From an uncultured Clostridia bacterium (GTDB lineage Bacteria > Bacillota > Clostridia > Christensenellales > UBA1242): a stretch of 64,000 bases of DNA. A program made the position numbers and the translations under genes. The stretch lies in assembly GCA_944349375.1 (NCBI GenBank), contig CALVMV010000002.1:35448-99447 (forward strand), given 5' to 3'. This document shows, one piece after another, positions 18,303 through 29,781 of this stretch (position 1 is its first letter; the number at the start of each line of letters is the position of its first letter). A model generated the notes under the pieces. The model saw nothing but the letters and a program-made list of their open reading frames with translations. It did no database searches and had not been told where the DNA came from.

Positions 18303-21300
18303 ATTCTTCATATTTTTTTAATTTTTTCTTATTTCTAATTAAGTAAATTATATAGCAAATTACAAATAATCCTAAGACTCCAATACAAACATAAGATACC
18401 ACATCAATCCAAGCATCGTTGTCTGTCATAATGACAAATTCTCCTAGTTCGTCAATGTTGATTACAATTTCTCCATTTTCATTTTGACAATTAACTAAAA
18501 CATATTCTCCATTTGTATTTTTATGATAAACATAAATATTGTTTCTATCTGCAAAACCATCTGTCAGCTTTATTGTTAATTGTATAGTGCTATCAAGATC
18601 AACTCTTTCTCCGTCTTTTTCAAGCCATATAGAAAAACCTGTTATTACTTGATATTTGTTTAGTCCCATATCTTCACGAGCAATATCAAAATTAATAAAA
18701 CTTAAATTTGTTCCGTTATATAAACAAGCACTATCTAAAGCTTCTATAACGACTGTTTCTTCTTCCGAAGCAAGTTTGTTATAAGTAATTGAACCTGTAA
18801 CATCTGTAGGAAGGATAAGATTATAATTATGAGCTTTGTCTCCAACTAAAGTTATATCATAAAAGGTAACAGGTAAATTATCTCCAACCTCAGATGTAGA
18901 AAATCTAGCACAATTGTTTTTATCATAATATAGAGAAACATTTTTATCAACTAACCCTGACACTACAGGTGCTTTTATTGTAGCTGTATCAGTTCCATCA
19001 TAAATCTTATCATAAACAGAAGCTAACATATAAACATCTTTTTTCTCAATTACTAAGTAAGCTTCTTCTATTGTAATGTTATAATTTACATTAGACAAAT
19101 TTGAAATCATTTTATAGACACCGACATCTTCACCTTGTTCCCTAGAAATATTACCATATAATATGTCGTTGTTAATAAGTTGCCCTTCTACAATTGTATA
19201 AGTAAACACTGGATCCATTTGACCATATATCTTTTCATAATTTTCGGTTTTGACAACTATTTCAATAGGCTTAATTACAAATACACCTTTTGTAAACACA
19301 ATAGTATAATTCCTACCAAGATTTAGACTGCTTCTAATATCATAAATACCAGCATTTTCGCCTGCAACACGGGTTATTGTACCTGTGATTTCATCACCAT
19401 CTAAAATTTCCCCGCTTATTATTTGATATTCAAGTTGTGGATCTTCTTCACCATAAATCTTACTTGCATCTAATGCTTTTATTTCTATTACTCTAGGAGT
19501 TACCTCAAAATAATAATTCTCAAAAATAATTTCATAATTATCGTGTTGTAAAGTTGAATAAATTTTATATGAACCAACATTTTCATATAAATATGGGTCG
19601 TTTTCTGTTGTTGGTTTATCACGATATAAATAACCACTTAACTCGTCATCATTAACCAAATTGCCAACTATGATATAGGTCATTTCAGGTTCATCTTCTC
19701 CATAAACTTTTGATAAGTTTTGTGGGATAATTTGTATTACTCTTTTTTCAATTACAAATTCATTTGAAACAAAAGTCAAAATGTAATTTTCGTTTAAAGT
19801 TAATGAACCTTGATAAATTTCATAAGAGCCAAGTGTTTCTCCTTGCGCTCTTGATAACGCACCAACAAAATCATCATCAAATTTAAGTTCTCCACTTGTG
19901 ATTTTATAACCAATTATTGGGTCTGCATCTCCATATTGCTTATTGGTTAAATTTGCAGTAACCTGTATCGTTTGTGGAACAATTTCTAAAATATTTGGTT
20001 CAAAAACAACTTGATAGTTTTGTCCTAAATTATATGTCCCTTGATTTATTTGGTATGTTCCTACATTTTCGCCTTGTTCACGAACCATTTGTCCTTGAAT
20101 TATATTTGATAAAATATCATTATTTTTAAGTAGTCCATCAACTATAATAGCATCATAATAAGGATCTTCATCACCATAAATTTTTACTTTTGATTCTGCT
20201 TTAAGCGTTATTTTGCTTTTAGTTATGTTTAAAACTCCTGGAACAAAAGTTATTGAATATCTAGAGTCATTAGATGACTCTAAGACCATTTCATACTCGC
20301 CCACATTTTCACCATAAACTCTTTTTATAGTTACATTTACAGGTTGCCCTTCCACTAAATTAGTCGCTGAATAAGTAAATTCGGGATCTTCATCTCCATA
20401 TACTTTTGTCGCATCATCTGCTACAATGGTTATAGGTCTTTTATTAATGATAAAATTTAAATCTTCAAAAATAATATTATAATTGTCGCTAAAAAGCATA
20501 TTATCAGTTTTAATATGATAAATACCTACATTTTCGCCTTCTTCTCTTGTTAAAATTCCAACAATAACATCTTCTAATGTATCATTAAATTGTAATTGCG
20601 ATGTATTTATAAGTGAAATATTAAATTCAGGATCTTCATCTCCATAAGTTTTTGACAAATTGTCAACTCTTAAATTAAGATCTCTTGGTAAAATTGAAAA
20701 TACATTATTTCCGTTAAGTGTTATAGAGTAATTAGGATTATTAGCACTATTTAAGTCATCTAAATAGTATAAATATTGCCCTACATCTTCTCCACTATTT
20801 CTTTTAACAGAGCCAGTTAGCGATTCGCCTTCAACAACATTTGAAACAGAAAACTTAATTTCTGGGTCATTATCTCCGTAAATTTTTGTTAAAGAATCTA
20901 CATTTACAACAACTTCTCTTGCTCTAATTTGAATATATTCATTTAAAAATACATAATCAAATTCAAAGTTACCAAGATTTTCTCCATTAATAGAATAATT
21001 TTGTACATTAACTTTAACTTTTCCAACATCTTTGCTCTCTAAATCTGCCTCTAACTGCAACTCAAGAACTTGATTTTGTAAAGCATTTTGGAATTTAACA
21101 GCGCTTGTTACTTGATTCGTTCCATCATACTGCTTATCTTCAAAAGTTATTTCTACTGAAATAGCCCTTGGTAAAATTTCAAGATATTCTTCTACAAAGG
21201 TTATATTATAATTAGAGTTAGACAATGAACCTAATTTGATAATATATCTTCCTATTTCTTCCCCATTTTCTCTTGACAGATTTCCTGAGAAACTATCTCC

Positions 21301-23508
21301 TTCAACCAAATTTTCTACTGAATATGTTAAAATAGGGTCTCCATCACCATATTCTTTTGTTTGGTGGTTTGCAGAAATTATTACATCTCTTTTTATAATT
21401 TCACAATTTGCACTAACAAATGTTATAGAATAATTTTCATTTGAAAGTGTTCCCAATAAAATTTGATGAACACCTACATTTTCATCTTCTATAGTTAGTT
21501 CCCCTTGCAAAGTATCTCCATCTAATAAATTTGCTCTATAAGTAAGTTCAAAATCATCTCCGTAAACAGCTTTAACACTTTCTGCTTCTACTGTTATTGA
21601 TTTTGGGATAATATTTCCATATAAAGTCGAAGTAGGCATAGATATCTGATAATTATCTTTGTCTTCTCCAATTAATTGATAACTTTGAATTATTACTTCT
21701 TTACCATAACCAGCATTTGCATCTTTATAATAAGCATTTATTTCGATACCAACATCTTCATTGTTGTAAATATTAGTGAGTTTTATGTTTAAAGGAACTT
21801 CATTGCTTTGGTCATAAACTTTATCTTCTGCATAAATTTGTGCAAAAGTTAATTGTCTTTTAGTTATTGTAAAATTATAATTCTCATTTGATAACTTTAT
21901 ATCATAATTTGAGTTTGACAAAGTTCCAAGGGATATTTTGTAAACGCCTACATTTTCACCACTTTCTCTAGTTAAGTTTCCCTGTAATGAATCATTTGGC
22001 AACAATCCTTCTGACACATAACTTATAATAGAATCAGCATCACCATATTGTTTTGATAGCGTTGTAGGAGTAATAATTAAATCTCGTTTTAAGATTTCTG
22101 CATAGCTCTGTGGAATCAGTTGACTTTTCAGTTTATAGTATTGTGAATCTTTACCATCAAGAGTAATTTTTGAAGCGTCTTCAACAACTATAGCTTTATT
22201 AGTGCCAGCACTTGCAGTAGCAAAAGAAAAAGTTGTTCCTGTTAAAAATACTTCATGATTTTCTTCAACACCATCAAAGTTGAAAATTATGTCATCTTGA
22301 TTTATATTAGTTGTTCCATCATAAATTTTATTATTTACTCCAATTGAAGTTACCGAAATTTCTTTAATAAATTTTGCATAAATAACATCGTTTGCATTGA
22401 CTGTGTATAGAAATTCAACATCAGTTGATTGTAAAGTCCCGTTTATATACCAGCCTTCAAATATAAAATTGCTTTGTGGAGTGTAATGCAAAAATATTTT
22501 TCTGCCTTGTAAATAAACACCTTCTCCTGTAATTTTTGGAGGATTTTGAAAGTCTGTTTGAACTTTTACTTCAACATAACTATCACTAACTGTTAATGTT
22601 AAAACTTTTTCGCTTAAAATATAATCATCACTATAAGAATTAGCTTTACATTTCGCCTGCACTTTTATGACTGTTGAATTTGGAGCATCATCTGAGATAT
22701 ATAAAGTATTTCCAATTATATCAACATATTGACTTCCTTGTAAAACATCGTAAATAATTGCGTGGTTTACTTTAGAAAAATTCAAAAAGTTACCACTGAC
22801 ATTATTCACAGATAAAACTTCGTTAGAAGCAGATAATTTAACAGAGCCTCCGGCTGAAACAATTTGATCATCATTTTCGAAAGAAACAGAATCTATTATA
22901 GTAAATAATTTAATAGTTGGCATAGACAAAACAAAATCACTATATTTGCCTACTTCAGTTTTTGCAAGAGTGGACCATTCAAATTTTAATTCAGACGAAG
23001 ATGAATCTATTTTAATCATTTCACTTGCATATTCTGTAATATTGCCACCGTTATAATTTGTGGAAACAGATGTCTGGTTGTTTCCTTGAGTAAATGTAAC
23101 TTTTATATTTGACTGCGAGTTGCTGTTTTTTGCTTGAAAAGAAAAAGCAACTTGTGCATATACAACACCTTTTTCAATTAATACATTTATGTCGTTTGTT
23201 GTTCTAACAATAGCATACCCCGAGCTTGTTTTCCCTAATAGAAGCCCAGATGTTGGCACTAATGAATAGTAATCTCCCCCTTCATTAGAAGCCTTTGCAT
23301 TGACCAAAGTCGAATTGTTACTTTTGTCTCTAAAATAATGTTCATTAGTGTTACCGATACCCGCAGTAAGCACATAATTATTCCCTGAAATAGCTTCAAT
23401 GTCAGCCTTAACTTGTGAAATAGGATAAAAAATTGAAAGGAAAAAGAATATGCTAAGTAAAGATAGCAATAAAATTAAAATTTTTGAATTTAAAAATTTA
23501 ATTTTCAT
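18301..23508 (-). CDS. Giant surface protein (1735 aa): signal peptide, Listeria-Bacteroides-type repeat, 11 MBG (YGX-type) and 4 YDG-type modules, C-terminal TM anchor
   Basis: Signal peptide ends ...SQVKADIEA. FIFEGWYINGT fits the List_Bact repeat. Eleven recurrences of K-x-YG-(D/E)-x-DP...L-x-G-x-L-x-R-x-x-GE-x-VG-x-Y-x-I...NY-x-I-x-F. Four K-x-YDG(T) modules. C-terminal VVSYVCIGVLGLFVICYIIYLIRNKKK with no LPXTG. Confidence 0.85.
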   Translation of the reverse strand: MKIKFLNSKILILLLSLLSIFFFLSIFYPISQVKADIEAISGNNYVLTAGIGNTNEHYFRDKSNNSTLVNAKASNEGGDYYSLVPTSGLLLGKTSSGYAIVRTTNDINVLIEKGVVYAQVAFSFQAKNSNSQSNIKVTFTQGNNQTSVSTNYNGGNITEYASEMIKIDSSSSELKFEWSTLAKTEVGKYSDFVLSMPTIKLFTIIDSVSFENDDQIVSAGGSVKLSASNEVLSVNNVSGNFLNFSKVNHAIIYDVLQGSQYVDIIGNTLYISDDAPNSTVIKVQAKCKANSYSDDYILSEKVLTLTVSDSYVEVKVQTDFQNPPKITGEGVYLQGRKIFLHYTPQSNFIFEGWYINGTLQSTDVEFLYTVNANDVIYAKFIKEISVTSIGVNNKIYDGTTNINQDDIIFNFDGVEENHEVFLTGTTFSFATASAGTNKAIVVEDASKITLDGKDSQYYKLKSQLIPQSYAEILKRDLIITPTTLSKQYGDADSIISYVSEGLLPNDSLQGNLTRESGENVGVYKISLGTLSNSNYDIKLSNENYNFTITKRQLTFAQIYAEDKVYDQSNEVPLNIKLTNIYNNEDVGIEINAYYKDANAGYGKEVIIQSYQLIGEDKDNYQISMPTSTLYGNIIPKSITVEAESVKAVYGDDFELTYRANLLDGDTLQGELTIEDENVGVHQILLGTLSNENYSITFVSANCEIIKRDVIISANHQTKEYGDGDPILTYSVENLVEGDSFSGNLSRENGEEIGRYIIKLGSLSNSNYNITFVEEYLEILPRAISVEITFEDKQYDGTNQVTSAVKFQNALQNQVLELQLEADLESKDVGKVKVNVQNYSINGENLGNFEFDYVFLNEYIQIRAREVVVNVDSLTKIYGDNDPEIKFSVSNVVEGESLTGSVKRNSGEDVGQYLYYLDDLNSANNPNYSITLNGNNVFSILPRDLNLRVDNLSKTYGDEDPEFNISLINTSQLQFNDTLEDVIVGILTREEGENVGIYHIKTDNMLFSDNYNIIFEDLNFIINKRPITIVADDATKVYGDEDPEFTYSATNLVEGQPVNVTIKRVYGENVGEYEMVLESSNDSRYSITFVPGVLNITKSKITLKAESKVKIYGDEDPYYDAIIVDGLLKNNDILSNIIQGQMVREQGENVGTYQINQGTYNLGQNYQVVFEPNILEIVPQTIQVTANLTNKQYGDADPIIGYKITSGELKFDDDFVGALSRAQGETLGSYEIYQGSLTLNENYILTFVSNEFVIEKRVIQIIPQNLSKVYGEDEPEMTYIIVGNLVNDDELSGYLYRDKPTTENDPYLYENVGSYKIYSTLQHDNYEIIFENYYFEVTPRVIEIKALDASKIYGEEDPQLEYQIISGEILDGDEITGTITRVAGENAGIYDIRSSLNLGRNYTIVFTKGVFVIKPIEIVVKTENYEKIYGQMDPVFTYTIVEGQLINNDILYGNISREQGEDVGVYKMISNLSNVNYNITIEEAYLVIEKKDVYMLASVYDKIYDGTDTATIKAPVVSGLVDKNVSLYYDKNNCARFSTSEVGDNLPVTFYDITLVGDKAHNYNLILPTDVTGSITYNKLASEEETVVIEALDSACLYNGTNLSFINFDIAREDMGLNKYQVITGFSIWLEKDGERVDLDSTIQLTIKLTDGFADRNNIYVYHKNTNGEYVLVNCQNENGEIVINIDELGEFVIMTDNDAWIDVVSYVCIGVLGLFVICYIIYLIRNKKKLKKYEE

Positions 23509-23523
23509 ATTCTAATTCCTTTT

Positions 23524-26500
23524 TTAATTTAAAAATCCTAAATCTTCATCACGACGAGGTTGTCTTGTTTCAGCCAAAATTACTTGATCCCCTTCGTATG
23601 TAGTTTCTGGTTTTATGTATGGATTATTATTAGTTGCAGTCAGCAATTTAAAATCAAAATCAACAATAAATATTGCTTCTTTTATACTGCCAGTCAAGTT
23701 GGCATCAGCATAATTAAATTTGGTATTTAATTGACCTTTGTCGATTATCGCATTACTTTGGAATTCTACAATACCATTAAGAATCGCATAAATATCAACA
23801 ATTCCAAAAAGATAATAATCTTTATCACCAATAGTGTATTTATAATCTGTATAGTTTGTTCTTATGATATCTTTTAATTTAGCTATTACCCTATCAACCA
23901 TATCGCCAGCACCATAATCTTCAAAAAATCCCAAAATTGAATCTCCTTGAAATTCATCGAGAGTGAGCCAGTTATATAATCTTAAATCACCAACTATAGT
24001 CAATTTGCTTTCATATCCTTCAAGTTTAGAAGATTCATCTGGAGTAAAGCAAATACAACTAAGTAAATTTCTTGAGAAAATGCAATCTTCGACAGTAACA
24101 TCTGATGCAACAGTATCATTTTTAATTCTGTTTATTACCAATCCACCTGAATAAGAATTCCTTATGATGCAACCTTTAAAAGTTGCTTGTGCGCTCAATA
24201 CTTCTGTCGTTATAAATGCGTTTTCTATTATAGTATTGTAAATTAAAACATTTGTTGCGTGATTTGTTATAAGTAAAACTTTCCCCTTCCCATCTAGTTC
24301 AGCCAATTCTCCTTCTGATGAGAAAGATGTTCCTCTTAAGATAGCATTATCAATAACAATATTGCTTCTAGTAACATTCATTTTTACATACGCAGTATCA
24401 TTGGTGAAATCTATCATATAACCATTTCCATAAATATTAAAGTTTACATCATGATTTTCCAATGTTTTTTCAATAATTATATCTCCTTGTAAAACTATAG
24501 CAGAATAATTATTTGTTTTGTTTTCATTTGAAGTTTTAGCAAGACCTACTGCAACTAAATACTGAGAATAGTTATAAACATTATATCCATCAACAACATA
24601 GAAAGTATATGAATCTGAAACAACATTAGCACCATCATAAGGAGCAATTTGCCTTGCAGTAATAGTTACAATACCTGTTCCATAGAAAGTTATTTCGCCA
24701 TTTTGATTAACTGAGGCAATTTTGCTATTGCTAGTGGACCATTCAATCAACGAAGAATAGTCGTCATCATTAGGATAAGTTGAGTAATTCATTACATAAG
24801 AATTTGTTTGCTTTCCTGTTGAAGAAATAAATTTATTTCCGAAAACTCTATAACCACCAAAGCCATAAGAATCCTCAACTTCATCTAATTCTAGTTTAAT
24901 ATCATTGAGCTTTGTAAAGAATGTAAATGTTTTGCTATAAAAAATATCAGTATTATCAACTTTCAATGTTACTGTTACTTCACCTTCTTTCAAACCTCTA
25001 AGCCTGTAAGTTCCATCACTAACTTTAGTCAAAGATGCAATTTGAGCATTGTCTAAACTAAAAGTATATGTAAATCCTTCTGCATCTATAGGGTAAGGCA
25101 AAACTGTTAAATTAACATATTCGTTTACATACATCTTATCCTTTGTATCCGTGAAAGAGATGCTTTTTATTTCTTTGGTATATTCAATTGTGATTTGTTT
25201 TTTAATTGAACTATCATTTTTTAAAGAAATGGTAATTGTAACTTTGCCAAGCCCTGAAAATTCAACTGCACCATAATCATCTACTGTCGCTATAGAAGGG
25301 TTGCTTGATGAATATGTAAGAAGTTTATCATTGGCGTCGCTAGGCAAAACTGTGGCATTAATTTGATATCCTGGACTAGATACGAAAACTTCTTGCGATT
25401 CTACTGAAATCGAAGTAGCTTTTCTTTCAACTTTAACAGTATAAGAACCTAGATTAATATTATTAGCATAGATATCAAAAGTTGCTTGCCCGCCGTTTAA
25501 AGCCCTAATAACACCATCTTCAAATTCTATTACAGCTTTTTGTGAATCATTTCTTTGCTCTACTAAATTTTTAATAGTAATTTCAACATTTGCATTATCA
25601 CTTGGCACAACTTTATTGAGAACAAGTTTCTTTTCTTCTCCAGCTTGCATTGTTAAAATATTATTCTCAAATGATGAAGTATCAAGTGATGCTTCAATTA
25701 ATGTATCCCCTGCATAGTAGAAAATGTAAGAAACCGATTTTACTCCATTTGTAGTATCTTCACTAGTAAATGTAATGGTAACTGTTCCTATCTCATTAAA
25801 AGTTATGAGTCCTTTTTCAACTGTAGCTTTGCTCTTATCTGAAACTGTATAAACAAAATTCCTATTTGTAGCATCTAAAGGATAAACTAATTCTTCAAAA
25901 GAAATTTGATTTTTGCTCGTTACATAGTAGTTTTGATAAAATTCGAGTCCTTGTCCAAAATCAATTTCAATTTTTTCAACAGGACTGCTTACCGTGATTA
26001 TGCAATCAGAATAAATTTCTTGTCCTAAAGAATTAAGTGTATAAATGCGTACAGTTGCTGTTCCACCATACAAACCTTGAATTAACCATTTATCTCCACT
26101 TTGAGTTAAACTGATAACATCATTATCACTTCCATCTGCTGAGTTTTGAGATACAATTTTATACTGAATATCTTTGTTTGTAGCATTTGCAGGCTGCATT
26201 TGAGTAACATAAAGAGTAAAACTACTATTTTTTGAAATTGTCTTTTCTTGTGCATTTAATGTCAAACTATAAAGGTAACCCATAGTGCTTGTAACTGTAA
26301 CTTGTTTTGTCAAGTTGCTTCCATCCATAGTAGAAATAGTTACAACCACAGTTCCAGCACTTGTAAAGATAACTTTGTTTCCATCTAAAGTTGCAAAATC
26401 AACTTTTGGCATAGAATAAGATAAATTTTTGTTGGTCGCAGTGCTAGGAAGAACAGAAGCATTTATAGTGGCTTGGGCTAGTGCAGTAACAATATTTTCT

Positions 26501-29500
26501 TCACTGACTTGAATAGATGAAACCTTTTTTATAACATTAATTTTGATATTTTTAGTTATTCCATTTGAAAGTTCTATGATAATTTGACTATATCCACCAC
26601 TTAAAGCAGTTATTGTAAGATTTCCACTATCAATCGAAACAACATTAACACCTGTTGTGTGATTTATTTCTCTAATCAAAATCTGTTTGTTTGTAGTATC
26701 ATAAGGCACCCATTTTTCAACTTCAACCTTGATGCTCTCTCCAACATTTAAAGATATTTCATCATCTATGTTAATTTCTGCATCTAAAGCATCGCCGCCA
26801 GTATATCTAAAATTAAAATTCTTTGAGCAATTACCATCAGCAGAACTTACTTTTAATGTCAGAGTTCCAGATTTTGCCCAATATAACTTTCCACCATTTA
26901 TATAAGCAATACTCTCCGAAACACCATTTGAATTGTATGAACTAACTATAGAGAAATTGAAATCAACATTTGAAGCACTAGATGGCATAGCAGAAAAAGT
27001 TAAATCAACTTCTTCTTTTGCTGTAGTAAGATACTCATTATACTGTTCAATATCTCCACTATAGATGATATTTTCAACAAGTTGAGAAATTATTATCTTG
27101 ATTTGATAACTTTTTATTGGACTTCCAAATTGGTCATACAAATAACAAACTATTTCAGTTTCTCCATTTGCAACAGCTATTATTGTTTCTCCATCAATTA
27201 TCAAAACATCTTGGTTTGCACCCTCAGCAAAAACAATTTCGATTTGATTATAATCAATTCCTTGCCCTGAAAAATCTAATTTATTACTATCACCAACAAA
27301 CATTTCAATTTCGTCAAGATCTGGATCAATAGTGCCTGTTCCTTTAGCAATCTTTTCAATTGTAAAAGAATAAGTTGCTTGCTGATTATCCTCACTTCTA
27401 GCAAGAATCTCTACTACTCCATCTTTTAAGAAATACAAAATATTGCCTTCTATATATGCTAACTCTGGGTTAAGCACTTCAAAAATAACATTCTTGTTTG
27501 TTGCATCAATAGGTTTAACTATCGCATCCAACTCAATACTTGAATTTGTAGTTTGTATATTTGATGGTGATATTTCAATACTTTCTACTTTTTGGTAAAC
27601 TTCAATTTCATAAGTAAGAACAACAGTCGCAGAAACATAGACTGTTAAAGTTGCTTTCCCGCCAGCAATAGCAGTCAGAGTGTTTCCATTAACTTGCAAA
27701 ACCTTGCCTAAAGGGCTTGAAGTCGATTGGTTTGATACTTTTAATGTTATATTTTTATTCATTGTATTTGAAGGGAAAATGTTTCTGATTGCAATTATAT
27801 AACTTTCCCCCACACTAATCTGAGAAGGCATTATTTCAACGCCATTGTCTGTTAAAATTCCAACTTCTGCTGAAATAGGATATGAACCTGTATATCTTAC
27901 TTGAACTTCTTCTTGTAAACCACCTATAGATGTTGCAATTAAGGTAACCGTTCCTGTTTGGTTAAATTTAAAAGTTTCTCCCAAAATTACCGCTATACTC
28001 TTATCATCAACAGACCAAGAAATATTTTTATTTGTAGCATCACTAGGATAAGAAACTGCACTAAATGAAACAGTGTTTTCGGCAGTTATGTAAACACCAT
28101 CTTCTTGCTCTAGATCAATAAATATTTCTATTCTTTCAATTTCTCTTAAAACTGTTACTTGCAAAGTCTCAGTCTTTTTCTCACCATTTATTAAAACAAG
28201 CGATACTTCTACAGTAGCAGTTCCTCCACCTATACCATGAATAGAGCCATCAGGCAAAACTTCAATAACATCTCCCTCTCCGGAATTATTTTGCTGTGAA
28301 AGAATTGATAATTGTATAGCTTTTGTGTCTGCATTTGAAGGGAATAATATATAGTCTATCAATTTTGATTGTCCATAATTTAAAGTAAGAGAATTCTCAG
28401 AAAGACTAAATTCTTTTGCTTTCCCTGCTGTATATTCAACTTGAATTGAAGTTGAAATATCACTGTAATCATTATTTGCAAAAATAGTAATAGTAGCAGT
28501 TGTGTGATTATCTGTTAAGAAAGTTACCAATCCACTATCGCTAACTGAAACATTAGAACTGCTAGAATGATAGAAAAATTTATTATTTGTTGAATCTTCT
28601 GGGAATGAAGTCGGAGCAAGCTGAACAGTCTTTTGCGCAGTAACTACATCATCGATTAATATGCCTGTTGCAGGACTTTCAACATAAACAATAATTTGTT
28701 GTGTAATATATTGCCCTTTAGACTTTTCAACTTTAACAGTAATTGTAGCAGTTCCACCACCTACAAAATATAAGTAACCATTGCTAACAAATGCGATATC
28801 CTCATTAGACGATGAAAAAGAAACTTCTGTGCTAGCTAAAGAGGAAGGCACTGTAGAGTATTCTATAACTTGTGCAGCATCTCCAATAGTAGCAGAAATA
28901 GAATATTTTTCTAGCGTTAAACTTTGTGCATAACCAGCAGTATAAACTATAGTCATAGTTTTAGAAAATCCACCATCTACTGTTGTTAAAGTTACATTGA
29001 CCTGTCCAGCCTTTAAGAATGTAACTCTACCTAAACTATTAACAGATGCAACAGTTGGGTCATCAATTGTAAATTCAACAGATGTATTTGTTGCATTGCT
29101 AGGATAAATTTGATAACCAATAAAATAAGTGTCTTCACCAGTAATTGCATAATCAGTATTTAAAATGATATCACTTACAGGATTGATTATAGCTAAATTT
29201 ACAAAATCGGTATAATTTCCATCTTCAGAAACAGCAGTTATAGTAACATAACCAACTTTTAATCCTGTTACTAAGCCATTTTGGTCAACTTTTGCAATAG
29301 TAGGATCTGAAGAAACAAAACTAACATTTTTATTTTCAGCTTCGTTCGGCAACACCGTTGCTGACAATTGAACAGTTGTTCCCACATGAACATCTGTATA
29401 AGGTGCTGTCAAAATTACTTGGTGAACAGCAGTATCGGTAACATAGAAATAACAGCTAGCCATTTTATTTCCATCAGCAGTCGTTGCTGTGATATAACCA

Positions 29501-29781
29501 TTACCAAATCCAACAAAAGTTACATTGCCATCAAGGTCAATTCTAGCAACATTCTCGTTAGTACTAACCCAAATAATCTCTTGATTTGTAGCATTTGAAG
29601 GATAAATAGTTGCTTCAAGTGAAATCTTATCATCTATATTTGCAATAACTTCAGTTTTATCTAACTCTATTCTATCAACGGATATAGAAACATTGCCGAT
29701 AACAACCTCGACAGTAAAATTAACCAAGATTATAATTACAAGAGGAATTGCAATCATTAAAAATATCATTAATTTTTTCAT
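23524..29781 (-). CDS. Giant surface protein (2085 aa): N-terminal signal anchor, 19 Big_2-like Ig modules, C-terminal right-handed beta-helix-like domain
   Basis: N-terminal TM MIFLMIAIPLVIIILVNF. Nineteen recurrences of the P-x-(D/N)-A-T-N-(K/Q)-x-(I/V) ... V-(D/S)-x-x-G-x-(V/I)-T-x-x-x-x-G-x-(A/V)-T-(I/V) pattern. The C-terminal ~430 aa carry repeated hydrophobic-Asn/Ile rungs (NIVIDNAILRG, NVLIYNTIIENA, FKGCIIRNS, VTVEDCIFSRN). ATGA start/stop overlap with the upstream permease. Confidence 0.85.
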   Translation of the reverse strand: MKKLMIFLMIAIPLVIIILVNFTVEVVIGNVSISVDRIELDKTEVIANIDDKISLEATIYPSNATNQEIIWVSTNENVARIDLDGNVTFVGFGNGYITATTADGNKMASCYFYVTDTAVHQVILTAPYTDVHVGTTVQLSATVLPNEAENKNVSFVSSDPTIAKVDQNGLVTGLKVGYVTITAVSEDGNYTDFVNLAIINPVSDIILNTDYAITGEDTYFIGYQIYPSNATNTSVEFTIDDPTVASVNSLGRVTFLKAGQVNVTLTTVDGGFSKTMTIVYTAGYAQSLTLEKYSISATIGDAAQVIEYSTVPSSLASTEVSFSSSNEDIAFVSNGYLYFVGGGTATITVKVEKSKGQYITQQIIVYVESPATGILIDDVVTAQKTVQLAPTSFPEDSTNNKFFYHSSSSNVSVSDSGLVTFLTDNHTTATITIFANNDYSDISTSIQVEYTAGKAKEFSLSENSLTLNYGQSKLIDYILFPSNADTKAIQLSILSQQNNSGEGDVIEVLPDGSIHGIGGGTATVEVSLVLINGEKKTETLQVTVLREIERIEIFIDLEQEDGVYITAENTVSFSAVSYPSDATNKNISWSVDDKSIAVILGETFKFNQTGTVTLIATSIGGLQEEVQVRYTGSYPISAEVGILTDNGVEIMPSQISVGESYIIAIRNIFPSNTMNKNITLKVSNQSTSSPLGKVLQVNGNTLTAIAGGKATLTVYVSATVVLTYEIEVYQKVESIEISPSNIQTTNSSIELDAIVKPIDATNKNVIFEVLNPELAYIEGNILYFLKDGVVEILARSEDNQQATYSFTIEKIAKGTGTIDPDLDEIEMFVGDSNKLDFSGQGIDYNQIEIVFAEGANQDVLIIDGETIIAVANGETEIVCYLYDQFGSPIKSYQIKIIISQLVENIIYSGDIEQYNEYLTTAKEEVDLTFSAMPSSASNVDFNFSIVSSYNSNGVSESIAYINGGKLYWAKSGTLTLKVSSADGNCSKNFNFRYTGGDALDAEINIDDEISLNVGESIKVEVEKWVPYDTTNKQILIREINHTTGVNVVSIDSGNLTITALSGGYSQIIIELSNGITKNIKINVIKKVSSIQVSEENIVTALAQATINASVLPSTATNKNLSYSMPKVDFATLDGNKVIFTSAGTVVVTISTMDGSNLTKQVTVTSTMGYLYSLTLNAQEKTISKNSSFTLYVTQMQPANATNKDIQYKIVSQNSADGSDNDVISLTQSGDKWLIQGLYGGTATVRIYTLNSLGQEIYSDCIITVSSPVEKIEIDFGQGLEFYQNYYVTSKNQISFEELVYPLDATNRNFVYTVSDKSKATVEKGLITFNEIGTVTITFTSEDTTNGVKSVSYIFYYAGDTLIEASLDTSSFENNILTMQAGEEKKLVLNKVVPSDNANVEITIKNLVEQRNDSQKAVIEFEDGVIRALNGGQATFDIYANNINLGSYTVKVERKATSISVESQEVFVSSPGYQINATVLPSDANDKLLTYSSSNPSIATVDDYGAVEFSGLGKVTITISLKNDSSIKKQITIEYTKEIKSISFTDTKDKMYVNEYVNLTVLPYPIDAEGFTYTFSLDNAQIASLTKVSDGTYRLRGLKEGEVTVTLKVDNTDIFYSKTFTFFTKLNDIKLELDEVEDSYGFGGYRVFGNKFISSTGKQTNSYVMNYSTYPNDDDYSSLIEWSTSNSKIASVNQNGEITFYGTGIVTITARQIAPYDGANVVSDSYTFYVVDGYNVYNYSQYLVAVGLAKTSNENKTNNYSAIVLQGDIIIEKTLENHDVNFNIYGNGYMIDFTNDTAYVKMNVTRSNIVIDNAILRGTSFSSEGELAELDGKGKVLLITNHATNVLIYNTIIENAFITTEVLSAQATFKGCIIRNSYSGGLVINRIKNDTVASDVTVEDCIFSRNLLSCICFTPDESSKLEGYESKLTIVGDLRLYNWLTLDEFQGDSILGFFEDYGAGDMVDRVIAKLKDIIRTNYTDYKYTIGDKDYYLFGIVDIYAILNGIVEFQSNAIIDKGQLNTKFNYADANLTGSIKEAIFIVDFDFKLLTATNNNPYIKPETTYEGDQVILAETRQPRRDEDLGFLN

